From NCBI RefSeq assembly GCF_036321535.1, contig NC_087436.1:103790001-103854000 (forward strand): DNA of 64,000 nt. The letters run 5' to 3'. Under the pieces are notes generated by a model. It saw only the letters and a list, made by a program, of their open reading frames with translations, was not told where the DNA came from and searched no databases. This DNA comes from Camelus dromedarius (taxonomy: Eukaryota). The position numbers and the translations under genes were made by a program. Of the stretch, positions 37,610-49,563 are shown piece by piece. The stretch's first letter is position 1, and every line of letters starts with the position of its first letter.

Positions 37610-38657
37610 TTGGAAAACAGCATTCAAAAGCACAGTGGCTGCTTTTAAAATAATATGTTCTATGATTTTAACAACAAATAGAAATATTCTTTAGAACATG
37701 TCTCAGCAGAATTTAGATTTTAATACCAGCCTTAAGACTAAATTGTAGGTTTGTAACCATCCTTACTATTTAGTGTTCTCAGAAAATTATCAAAGTGTCC
37801 ATGGGCAAATGGAGTGGCCACATCCTCAGAATGATTTCAGAAACAATGAAAGTATTTTATACGAAAAGGAAAAAAAATATTCTAGAGGATTACATGGTGG
37901 AGCACAGGCATTTATTTCATGGACAAATCAAAAGTGCAATGCTGAAGAAATCGATGTTATGTCAGGGAAAATAGTATACCACTTAAGGTAGAAAAGGAGG
38001 GGAGGTTAAGAAAAGGCAAGTGACCAGCTTCTGATATCAGACAAAAAAGTTCAGAATAAGTGTCTATAAACTTGTAATAGACAGAGTTGTTCAACCCTTC
38101 ACAGATTGAAATAGACTGATTTTAAAGGCGTTGTTGTCAGGCTGCAGAAAACCCCTAACTGGACCTGTGAAACTTCAATTATTGAAAATATTAATATCCC
38201 TGATATTGTTTTAAGGAAAAGCATCATAAGTTCAAAGCCCAGAAACTGGGGAAACAAAGTAAAGTTTAGACCTCAGCAATGAGCTGAGAGATTCTACAAA
38301 GATCCAGGACACCAAGAACAGACCTCTCCCTAGAAAGAGAAGCAAAAGGCTGATGTCACCTCTCGAGGGACAAGATTAAAAGTGACTATTCAATATTTGA
38401 TGTAATTGCTTGGAGTGCACCCGATATGACACAGCGTTACAGTGGCTCCTTTTTTTCCGTCTTGTCCACCTAAATGATTTATCCAGATAACTAAAGCTTA
38501 CATGATTAAGTGTCAGCTTTTTGTTTAAATATGCCTAAAGTGTATTACCTCCTTGCCTACGTTCTCAAGCAGAGTTCATTGGACGTAATTTAACTTATTT
38601 CTGATGGTTCAGCTGCTGCCAAGGAGACAGTTTGATGTAGTAATAAGGAACTGGACC

Positions 38658-40344
38658 TTTTTCCAGCTTCATTAAGGTATAATTGACAAATAAAATTGTA
38701 AGACATTTAAAGTATACATCATGATGACATGATATACAAATATATGATATGCATTGTGAAAGGATTCCCCCATCTAATTAATTAACACATTCATCTTGGG
38801 GTTTTTTTTGGTAAGAATGAGTTCTACTTTTTTAGAAAATTTTTATTATATAGTACAACTTATGTATAATAAAATAACATATAAGATATAATAACATATA
38901 ACATATAGCTATATAGTGTTACCAACTATAGTCACTATGTTATATATTAAATCCCCAGAGCTTTTTCATCTTCTGACAGTTTATATCCTTTTACCAACTG
39001 TCTCTATTTTTCCCACCCCGCCAGCCTCTGGCAACCCCTTTTCTACTCTGTTTCTATAGTTTGACGTTTTCATTTTAAGATTCCACATGTAAGTGACACC
39101 ATGCAGTATTTGTCTTTGTCTGGCTTATTTCACTTAGCATAACACCCTCAAGGTCCATCCATGTTGTCATAAATGACAGGATTTCTCTCTTTTTTATGGC
39201 TGAGTAAGTTTCATTGTGTATAAGCATCTTCCTTATTCACTCATCCATTGATGGATACTTAGGTTATTTCCATACCTTGGCTATTGTGAATAACGCTGTG
39301 ATGAACATTGGGTGCAAATATCTCTTCAAGATCCTCTTTCTATTTCCTTTGGATATATACCCAGAAGTTGGATTGCTGGGTCATATGGTAGTTCTATTTA
39401 TAGTTTTTTGAGCAATATCCATACTGTTTTCCATAGTGGATGCACCAATTTACATTCCCATCAACAGTGTTTGAGGATTCCCTTTTCTCCATGTCTTCTC
39501 CAACACTTGTTATCCCTTATCTTTTTGCTGATAGCCATTCTAATAGGTGTGACGTGATAGCACATTTTGTTTTCCATTTGCATTTCCCTGATGATCAGTA
39601 ATGCTGAGCACCTTCTCATGTACCTGTTGACCATTTGTATATCTTCTTTGGGAAAATGTGTATGCAGTTCCTCTGCCTATTTTTTAATTGGATTGTCTGG
39701 CATTTTTTGCTATTGAGTTGTATGAGTTTTTATATATGTTGGCTATTAATCACTTATCAGATATGGGATTTGCAAATATATTCTCCCATTCCATAGATTT
39801 TGTTGGTGGCTTCCTCTACTGTGCAAAAGCTTTTTGGTTTAATATAGTCCCACTTGTTTATTTTTGCTTTTGTCACCTTTGCTTTTGGCGTCAAATTTGG
39901 AAAATCATTGCCAAGACTGATGTGGGCTCAGCCCCTCTGTATTCATTTAGGAGTTCTGTGGTTTCCAGATCTTATGTTAAAGTCTTTAACCCATTTTCAG
40001 TTCATTTTTGTCTGTGGTGTAAGAAAGTGGTCCAGTTATTTTTAAAGAGTTGTTTCTTTTTTTAATTTTTTTAATTTATTATTATATTATTTAACTATTT
40101 TATTTGAGGGGGAGGTAATTAGGTTTATTTATTTTTAGAGAAAGCACTGGGGATTGAGCCCAGAACCTCATGCAGGCTAAACATGTGCTTTACCATTTGA
40201 GCTATACCTTTCCCCTAAGAGTGGTCCAGTTTTATTCTTTTGCGTGTGATTGTCCCATTTTCCCAGCACCATTTATTGAAGAGACTATCTTTTCCCCATT
40301 GTATATTCTTGGTTCCTTTCCTGTAAATTAATGAATTATATGAC
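38658..40344 (-). mobile_element. L1 (L1MA9-like) 3' portion, interrupted by a SINE
   Basis: aggtataattgacaaataaaattgta 3' end, tggcttatttcacttagcat, gattgctgggtcatatggtagttcta; ORF 40215-40460 contains [18 protein letters not shown] of ORF2. Confidence 0.95.
40038..40215 (-). mobile_element. Camelid tRNA-Ala-derived SINE (Vic-1-type)
   Basis: Minus strand reads ggggaaaggtatagctcaaatggtaaagcacatgtttagcctgcatgaggttctgggctcaatccccagt..aaataaataaacctaattacctccccc plus A-rich tail; TSD agtggtccagtt at 40026-40037 and 40220-40231. Confidence 0.9.
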
Positions 40345-40733
40345 AATATCCACTCATGATAAAAACTCCCAACAAATTGGATATAGAGGGAACATACCTT
40401 AACATTATAAAGGTCATATATGAAAAGCCCACAGCTAATATCATATTCAATGGTCCTCAAAGATTAGCAGTAAGAAAAGGATGCCCACTCCCACCACTTT
40501 TATTCAACATATTACCAGAAGTCCTAGCCCTAGCAATTAGGCAAGAAAAATAAATAAAAGGCATCCAAATCAGAAAGGAAGAAATAAAACTGTCTCTATT
40601 GGCAGGCAACATGATTTTCTATATTAAAAGAAAACCCTAAAGACTTCACCATAAAACTATCTGAACCAATAAATAAAATTCAGTAAAGTTACAGGATATG
40701 AAATCAATATACAAGAGTCAGCTGTTTTTCTGC
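40345..40733 (+). mobile_element. Inverted L1 ORF2 RT segment abutting the minus-strand L1
   Basis: ORF 40356-40553 [57 protein letters not shown] is L1 reverse transcriptase. Confidence 0.95.
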
Positions 40734-40853
40734 TTACATGCTGTTAAATTTTCACCAACCCTAATCCCACTTGGTCTCAGCTTCTTCCTCTTCAGGGATT
40801 GTGTGCTCCTGAGGTCCCAGCATGATTCACAGCATGAAACTATCATTTTAGTT

Positions 40854-41200
40854 TGCTAAGGACTGAAAGTTTGCCCCCTCCTCCAAAATTCATATATTGA
40901 CACCTGAATCCCTGATGTGATGACATTTGGAGATGGGGCCTTTGGGACATAATTAGGTCATGAGGGTAGAGTACTCATGAATGAGATGGGTGCCCTATAT
41001 GAAGAGACATGAGAGAGATGCTCTCTCTCCCCCCACCACGTGAGAAGATAGCTGGCTGCAGACTAGGGAGGGGGCTCTCACCAGGCACCGTTTCTGCCAA
41101 TGCCTTGATCTTAGACTTCTTGGTCTCCAAAACTGTGAAGAACCAAGTCCTGTTGTTTAAGCCACGCAGACGATGAAGTTGTGTTATAGCAGCCAAACAA
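40854..41200 (+). mobile_element. MaLR solo LTR, MLT1A0-like
   Basis: tgctaaggactgaa..caaaattcatat..tttggagatggggcctttggg..gccttgatcttagactt..tgttgtttaagccac..tgttatagcagcc. Confidence 0.9.
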
Positions 41201-41479
41201 AGCCCCAGCTATAACAGCTCTCACAGAGCTTTGTTAGAGATTTTTTGACTCCTCCCTCCTTTCAGGATATCGCTGGTGCCATTAGGCCCATGTTTGTTAC
41301 TCTCCTGATGTATGACTTCTATTGTGCTGTGATTGGCACATAATACTAGGTCACTGCAGTTGTTAGGATTACACAGATGTAAATACACTTCAGATCCCTG
41401 ATGTAAGTAAAGAACCACTACCAGAGGTTGACTAATAACTATAGCCCAACACAGTGCTAACTAGCAGCAGAAAGACAAA

Positions 41480-41660
41480 CAGTTAACAGTAACTGATATC
41501 TATTGAGCTATATCTGCCACTTTACCTATATTATCACCTTTAAACATAGTATTATTCCATTTTAAAGGTAATTTGCCCAAGGTCACCAAGCTAATAAGTG
41601 GCAGAACTGAAATTCAAATTGGGGTAGTCTGACTCACAATACTTTGCTCATTCAGCTGGG
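41480..41660 (-). mobile_element. MIR
   Basis: gtaatttgcccaaggtcaccaagctaataagtggcagaactgaaattcaaa. Confidence 0.75.
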
Positions 41661-41722
41661 CCAAACCACACCCATATTGCTTCCCCCAAACCCCTAAAAG
41701 ATCAAAATGTGCTTACAGAGGA

Positions 41723-41798
41723 GGGTGAGGTTACAGCTCAGTGATACAGCACATGCTTGGCATGCACAAGGTCCTGGGTTCAATCCCCAAGGCCTCCA
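41723..41798 (+). mobile_element. Tailless tRNA-Ala-related retroposon (Vic-1-type SINE head or tRNA pseudogene)
   Basis: A-box-like tacagctcagtga, B-box ggttcaatccc, ends cctcca with no A tail; flanking repeat caga(g/t)gaggg at 41716-41725 and 41797-41806. Confidence 0.85.
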
Positions 41799-42045
41799 GA
41801 TGAGGGAAGCTGCTGGTAGAAATGGACTAAAAGTTGGAGACAGGTGGAGTTGGCTGAGAGACAAAACTGGGAATTAAAGAAACAAGAGGAAGAAGAATGA
41901 GCTAAATAAGATTGGTTCAGAAAAAGCAGGCAGTGGTGATCAGAACAGGGAGAGACCACCATAGCCCCAAACCTGTAAACATTCACTGAAAGCCACGTCT
42001 TTCAAATAAGCCTAATATTATCCATGATAAGATAAGCCACAACTT

Positions 42046-42089
42046 TTTTTTAATCGAGATATAATTGACATATAACATTACATTAGTTT
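42046..42089 (-). mobile_element. Micro-L1 3' end (~45 bp)
   Basis: tttttttaatcgagatataattgacatataacattacattagtttc; TSD caca(a/g)ctt at 42038-42045 and 42090-42097. Confidence 0.8.
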
Positions 42090-42252
42090 CACAGCTTCTT
42101 AACCAGTGTGAAACCCAGCACAATTCTAATTCTTTTGATCCTCAAGGGTGGGGCCTGGGAAACCAGAACCTCAGGAGAGACTAGTTCATTTATCCCCGTG
42201 TGCCTGGGCAGTGCAGATACTGTCATGATGTGGAAGAGATTGGGAAGCCCAA
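42090..42252. mobile_element. MER103C-like hAT MITE
   Basis: cttcttaaccagtgtg..gggcctgggaaaccagaacc..tttatccccgtgtgcc..tgtcatgatgtggaagagattgggaagc. Confidence 0.6.
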
Positions 42253-44889
42253 GGTAATTCTTTGTCATTCTTTGGCTGCCTCCAGTGGGTTCTGCTACCT
42301 TCAGATTGTGAGACTTCTACAAACTGAACCCTGCAACTGGCAAGAAAGCCTAACCTGGAGAGTCAAGAATTGAGAAAACATACATGAAATAAGATGACTC
42401 AAGCAGTTGCCAATATCTGAACGGATACAATAGGGCAGCAAGCAACAAAACAAATGCTTCCCCTAAGCACAACGGTGATGGTTATGGCGGGGTACTGATG
42501 GGCTGTTGATTCACAGGACACCTGGGCAGAGGCCAGAGGCCTAGCAAACAGGGTCCCTCAGAGGAAGTGGGGAAGGGTTCATCCTAGAGGCTTATGATTC
42601 TGTGTCCTCCTTGAAAAGAACACAATTAGTACATGCAAACAGGGGACCACACCCCTTCTCATCTCACTGGAGTGGGCATTCCTCCACTAAATAAAGAGAG
42701 CAGGAACGTAGCACTCACCACCCTCTTCCACAAAACAAAGCCCCAACGCACAGCTTCCTTTAAAGGTCCTTCAAGACTAGAACCCTCCATTGCTGCAGGC
42801 ATCCTCTCCATTACAGCACCTTCCATTGGCTCTAATTTACATGAATCCATGTTGGCCCCAGTGCGAGTCATGAAGCTGTGAATCCCAGAGTTTTCACCAT
42901 ACTTTCAGGCTGGCCATCAGCCTGCCTCTGTGTGTAGTTCTACTTTTCTAATTCTGCAGACCTCATCTATGCAGCCTTTTGCAGGAAGTTGCACCTCATT
43001 TGGTCCTCATTACTGGCAAATATAAAACCTAGAAGAGGTGCTGGCGAGTCTCACCAGATTTCTGGCTCCGTGCAAAACCACTCATTCCCACAGTGCTCAG
43101 GTACCGTCCCCAGGTGCTAACCACATTATTTCAATGGAACCCATCACGGACTCTAAGTCTAGGGGAAAACGTGGCCAAGAACTGAAGCAGCATTCTGCAG
43201 CCCGATGTTTACTTAGCGCCTTCTAAGATATTACCTGCCTGCTAGTCCCTCCTATTCTGGGTCTCAGCTTATTTTAAAAAGAAGCCTCTTGTCCTCTGCC
43301 CTCCTTTCTTTATTAATAGCTGAGAATGTCACCTCTAAAACTTTTTTCCTACCTCTGCTTTGACCAAATAATGCACCCTCCCAACATCCTCCCTTGGCAT
43401 TCAATATCATATCAAATTCCGATAAATCACAGGTGACTTTATAACCCTCCAGCAATCCATGTCTTTCTACATCAACTCCCGCACTCTTCAGCTGCTCTTG
43501 TCACATAAACCATCTCACAGCCTCTTCTCTCTACCACGTGCAATTCTTTGCCTGCCTTCCCTGCTCTCTCACCTGCCTGAATCAACTTTCCATCACTATT
43601 AACTTACTTATTTTAGAGGAAGCAGAAAAGGTTGGGTAAGGTATATCAGTTCATACTCTTATTCTGCTCATTCCGAACTGTGTGACCTTGTCACATAGCA
43701 ATAATAGTCATGAGACCAACACAGGCATTTATCAAACACCCAGTCAGTCCTCACAACAACCCTTGGAGGGAAAGCCTAGCATTAGCCCCATTCTAAGGAT
43801 GCAGAGAATCACCCGATTTTTCTAAGCACACGTTTTCTCATTTAAACACTAGAAATAATAACACCTACTTCTCAAGGATGAAAAGCAAAGAATAGTGTGA
43901 AATACAGTTTATGTCTATTTCCTGCCTCCCTAGCTCCATCGCCAAACCCAGCTTATTCACTATTTCCCACAATTTCTGTCTCTCTGGAACCTTCACTCAG
44001 TTGAATAAAAGAAAGAATAGAGCTCTTCTCCAGCAATTTAATATTGTCTCTTCCTTCTCTCCTTCACAGTGCATAAGAGCTAAACACTAGGAAACAGAGT
44101 TTCCATCTGCTGTGCCCCAGAGATGTAACGACCTTCCCCTCGGCACCCGGTTCCATGACCCTTGGCTGGAAACAGAAATATGACTTTACCTTTAGGAAAG
44201 GCAGGTAATTCTTACCAAATGTGAATTGAGGCATTTTCCCTCTGGAGAGAAAAAAAAAAATCTTTCCCACCTGTTTGCTGACATCCCTTCATCAGGAAAC
44301 AAGCTTTTCATTCCACAAAACCAGCTTAAAATGCAAATACTATTGGATAAGTTAATACTTTGATGTGACTCCAAGTTACTGGTTCAATATCTTTTTCTTG
44401 CCAGCGGGAGTTGGCAGAGATGATGAGAATAGCAGAAAGGGAAAGAGGGCACAGAGACAACTGTGTCCACTTAGCTGTTTGGCCCAGGATAACACCATTC
44501 ATCACCACGCCGCATATAAGAAAAGGCCACAGTAATAATCAAGCTGAAAGATACCAGTTTTCATGTGACTTCTGAACAAAGATTGATAAACCGTGATTGC
44601 AAACTACCTGTAGCCAACCAAGAAGACGTTCCTCAGTTTATGAGGTGGCCCATCTTTGCTTCTCCTTAATGCCCTTGATGCTACGTGATAATTAACTTTC
44701 ATACCCCCACAGTCCTCTAAAATCATTGCAATTACCGCTGTTTCACATATTTTGAGGTGCGCTGGAATTGACCTTCCTTAAGTAAATGGCACCTCGTTGT
44801 AAAGCTTGTTGTTTTCCTCCAGTTAAAGAGACAGAATTTTTACATCTACAACCATTTTCCTGCAGTCAATAAGGTGAAGGAATACTTCC

Positions 44890-45446
44890 TGTGGGAGTAG
44901 ACAGCCTCCAAGATGACCCCAAGGATCCCAACCTCCTGATTTAATGGCCTTATAGAATCTTTTCCACTTAAGGGTGAATGCTTCTAGTTAATAGAATGTG
45001 GCCAAAGTAATGAGATTGGGTTATAGAAAGACTAGCTGCTGTCCTTGATGTTCATTTTTTTCCACTCACCCACCCATCATGAGAAGTTCAGCTGCCATGT
45101 TTTTGACCTTCCCTATGAGGTGCACAAAGCAAAGAGTTGAGAAAGGAGAATTCTGATCAACAGCCAGCAAGAAACTAAGACCCTCCCCCCAAAGGGCTGC
45201 AAAGTGCTACATCCATCCTACAACCACGTAAGTGGTCACAGCCATGAACCCTCCCCTAGCTGAACCTTCAGATGAGACCATGACTCCGGCAGGCAGCCTG
45301 ATTGCAGCCACACAACCTTGAACCAGAGACACCCAGATAAGCCTCGCCCAGGTTCCTGAGCCACAGCAACTGAAATAATCAATGTTTGTATATTAAGCCA
45401 CTAAGTTTTGGGGTGATTTGTTACAGAGGAATACATAATCAAAGCA
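44890..45446 (+). mobile_element. MaLR solo LTR, MLT1F-like
   Basis: tgtgg..cagcctccaagatgacccc..cagctgccatgt..ccttcagatgagacc..taagccactaagttttggggtgatttgttac. Confidence 0.85.
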
Positions 45447-45779
45447 AGTATCTTTTGAACTTCTTTTCTTGTAAAGCCTCAAAGGATTTATCTGCAACCT
45501 TCAGGATAAAAAATAATAATAAATTTTTATTTTAATATTTGATTTAATTTTTAATGGGATTCAAAGCATCAGACAAGTTACAGCTTCCTTGTCCTCTGTT
45601 ACTCCTTCTAACGCTAAAGTGAAAACAGGAATTAGAACATTCTGGTTTTTCTAACAGAAACTTCAGAATTTCTTTTCAACTAATGTTAGATTTTAAGGAT
45701 TATGTGATATAGTGAATTTTAAAATACCAGTTTAACTCTATATCTCTGGTAGGCATCCATAAGTTTTCTTTAAGAATCA

Positions 45780-45945
45780 CAGCATTGTAGAGTGTATAGA
45801 TACCATGTAGACCAGCTGAAATTTAAGCAAACTGAGCTAAGAGAGGTGGAGTGAATTTCATGTGGTCACAGAATTAGTGTGTGGCAGAGCTCAAGCTGAA
45901 ATCCACATTTTTCTGACTCCAGATCATTGCTCTTTCCATTTCACT
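45780..45945 (-). mobile_element. MIR
   Basis: aaactgagctaagagagg..ggtcacagaattagtgtgtggcagagc..ctgactccag..gctctttcca. Confidence 0.7.
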
Positions 45946-47049
45946 ACTTTGAAAAACCAAGAGAGCCCGGCCAGCTGTAATAATCTTGTCCATTTTACCC
46001 AAATAAAAATGGGACATTATCAAAGAAAAGGTTAAATGCCCTACAGCATCACAAGAATCTCTGGCTCTTTGTCATCATTTTCAACTTGAAGTCTGCATCT
46101 CAACAGCAAATTGCTAATTGATTAACCAGGTTACAAACATTCCTGATTTCACAGGTAGATTGCACAGGGCCAGAGCTCTCCTTGGGGTTAACTTGCTCTC
46201 CGCATAGGTTAATTTAAATAGCACTGAAAATTTAGCTTGAAAGGATAATTACAATATTTCACCTCCTTTTATCTCAGGTTATGTAAATGAGACTTTAATC
46301 TTCTCACAGTCTGTATGACATTCATACCAAGAATAAAAAGATCTCAATACATTGTGTGCTGTCGATCATTTTAGAAGAATACACTCCCACGATCTTAGTG
46401 GGTATAAACTGGCAAATTCCCATAATCATGGGCTGGGCATGGTATCAACGAGTAAACAGGTGATCTTGTAGCTTGGCAGAGTTCCCCCTTGAGCAGTGTA
46501 AACTGTCATTTTTATCAGATTGCAAAGTTTGGGGGGGCTTTTTTGATATTACTGGATAGCGAGGGATAGCCCCAAAGAAGCAAATTCAACTTCTGCCCCC
46601 TCTTAACCTATGATTTTCACATCCTGCTGAAGGTGATGAAAGCGCTAAGGCTGAGTGACAGGCTCTGGACCGTAGCCTTATCCTCTCCTTTGCACCACAG
46701 CTCTTATGGGAGACAGTGTCATTCACAGTATTGAATAGTGAAATGTGATGGTTAGAGAAATGCAGCATCATCGCGTTTAATAAATATCAGGAGGAAGCTG
46801 GCAGAGAAGCTTTAACCCCAGGGCATTTTTTAAAAATCAAAATCCTGTTCTCTCTCTTCACAGCCTTAGCACAACACCATGTGTTTAAACTCAAGTTTAG
46901 AGAGAAAGAATAACTAAAGTTTTTCTATTATACCTTAAGGCCAAGCTCAAGGTCTAATTCCTCTAGGAAGCCCTCCACAAATATCTCAGCTCTAAACAAT
47001 TACTCCTTCGAGTGTGGGACCACAGGACATTACTTGTTTCAGTGAAAGG

Positions 47050-47262
47050 CAGTATATAATAGAGGTTAAGAATATGCATTCCATGAATAGACCACTTGAC
47101 TTCAGTTCTCAGGCCCCCGCTCACTAGCTGTGGAGGTTGGAGCAAACAGCCTCCACATGTTTTAGTTTCATCAATAAAACGGGGATAACATCTGCCTCAT
47201 AGATTGCCTGAGATAATCATGCAGAGAGATTGGAAGTGCGTGGGCACTCTATAAACATTAGC
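47050..47262 (+). mobile_element. MIR
   Basis: ggcagtatataatagaggttaaga..ctcactagctgtg..taaaacggggataaca..tgcctcatag. Confidence 0.75.
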
Positions 47263-47314
47263 CCTTGTGCCAACCAGAAACATCTACCTCCTGTATCTCC
47301 GTATCTCTGCTGCA

Positions 47315-47480
47315 CTGTAACAACCCTCTAAGTGAGATATGATTACCTCCATTTCACAAACGGGAAACTAAGGCTCAGAATGGTTAAGCAAACAGCTCCC
47401 CCGGCACATTTAGTAAGCTGCAGAGATGGTATCTGAACCATGGAATTTGCGGACAAAAGCCCTTCCCTACAAAATACCAC
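47315..47480 (-). mobile_element. MIR
   Basis: aacaaccct..ccatttcacaaacgggaaactaaggctcagaatggttaag. Confidence 0.75.
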
Positions 47481-48304
47481 AATCTTGTACTTCTAGAAAG
47501 TACTGTCTTCAGTCTTCAATAATTTAGTCTACCTGACTAAATACATATGTATCTATCTCCCTCCCCGCATTGTTAAGTTACCCTGGGGCAAGTATTTTCT
47601 CATTCTTCTTGGGATTCCCAATGCCAAGCATGACACTTAACCCATAATAGATGCTTGTTACATTTTCTTGAAATAAAATAAGCTGGGAAAGTTGCAGCTT
47701 TCTTATAGGAACCGTAACCCTTTTTTAAGGAAAAAGTTTTACCAGAAAAGAAAGGCTGCAAATTTCTTTGAGCAAAGAAAATTGTTGAAAGGTGAACAGG
47801 CACGTTGTGGGCCCTGAGCTTCAAAGTCAAAATGGGACTGAGAGTCTGCCAGAGGCATCTCTCCTCAAGCCCATCAATCATTATACACTTATTGATTATC
47901 TTCTGGATGCTAAAAAAAACCTCATGATATCAGTGGCTTCCCAACAGCCAGGTCAACCTTATTTTGACATCCGAAGCAATGGTGATTATCTAACCCTAAA
48001 GGACCTTGGAAAACCTCTATTTCAAGCTATCCATAAAAGTTTATAGTCTCATAGGAAGCTGTCCGTCACATATTAGTCCCAGAAAGTGAAGTTGCAGTTT
48101 TCAGGTCCTACTGAGAAAAAGCAGTTTGTGGATGCTGCACCTCTCTAAACAGGTAAATATCAGAAATGGAATTAACTCTCAAAATATAAGGTAATGATAC
48201 GTTCACTTTGTCTTATTTTTCCATGTTGGTTAATATGAATCCTTTAAGTTTTAAAGATACGGACAAGAAAGAAAAATATTGTGAGAGAAATAAAGAATCC
48301 GTAA

Positions 48305-49563
48305 CAGGGACGATTAGATTTTTACATGCAAAAGAATTAAGTTGAACCCCTACCTCACATGATACACAAAAATTAATTCAAAATGGATCAAAGACCTAAA
48401 TATAGAAGCTAAAGCTATAAAACTCTTACAAGACAACCGAGGGGTACATCTGTCTGACCCTGGATTTAGAAATGAATTCTTAGACATAAAAAACAAAAGT
48501 AAGAGCAACAAAAGAAAAAGAGAAGTTGAACTTCACAAGAATAATAATAAAAAAAAAACTTCTGTGTATCAAAGGACATTATCAAGGAGGTGAAAAAGAA
48601 CACATACAGAGTGGGAGAAAATATTTGTAAATCCTATATCTCAGAAAGGTTTAACTCCAGAATACATAAAGAACTCCTACAACTCAACAACAAAAAGACA
48701 AATAACCCAGTTAAAAATAGGCAAAATACTTCAATAGACATTTCTCCAAAGAAGATACGAATGGCTAATAAGCACATGAAAACATGCTCAGCACCATTAG
48801 TCATGTGAGAAATGCAAATCAAAACCGTGATGCGATATCTCTTCACACCTACTATGATGGCTATGATCAAAGAAGCAGAAAGATGTGTTGGGAACCATGT
48901 GGAGAAATCAGAATCCTCACGTATTGCTGGTGAAAAGTTCCATGGAAATAGTTTGGCATGCCCCGAAAAAGCTAAACATAGAATTATATGATTTGGCAAT
49001 TCTATTCCTAGTTAGAGACCCGAAAGAATTGAAAAGAGAGGCCCAAACATGGTTGCGCACTAATGTTCCCTGCAGCATTACTTTCAATAACCAAAAGGTG
49101 GAAACAATACAAATGTCCATCAGCAGGTGAATAGATAAATAAAATGGGCTATAAAGATACAATGGAATAGTATTCAGCCATTAAACAGAATGTAGTTCTA
49201 ACACATTTTACAGCTGGATGAACCTTGAAAACATAGTGTTAAATGAAATGAGCCAGTCACAGAAGGACAGATAGCGTATGAATCTACTTCTATGTAATAT
49301 CTAAAACAGACAAATTCATAGAGCTAGGAAGAATATTAGAGGTTACCAGGGTCTACAAAAAAGGAAAAATGGAGTTACTGCTTAATGGTTATAGACTATC
49401 TGTTGGCAGGGGCGGGCAGGTAATAAAAATGTTTTGGGAATGGTAGTGATGACTGCATAACATTGTGAATGTAATTAATGTCAGGAAATTGTCCACTTAA
49501 AATGATCAAAATGGCAAATTTTATGTTACATTTTACCATAATAAAAAAGATTTTTTAAAAAAA
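48305..49563 (+). mobile_element. L1MB4/5-like 3' portion
   Basis: ORF2 C-terminal remnants (RIHKELLQLNNKKTNNPVKN), ggatgaaccttgaaaacat, 3' end aaaatggcaaattttatgttacattttaccataataaaaaa. Confidence 0.92.

Noticed and set aside
37195..37694. ORFs with RKEG/LPSF repeats
   Set aside because: Translations of the GGAA microsatellite and L2.
41723..41798. Functional tRNA-Ala gene
   Set aside because: Mutated A box and stems, anticodon position reads GGC, no downstream T-run terminator, and a TSD-like flank.
48105..48152. 48-nt plus-strand micro-exon (ttttcag|...cag|gtaaat)
   Set aside because: Short pyrimidine tract, peptide VLLRKSSLWMLHLSKQ not recognised, and such matches are expected by chance.
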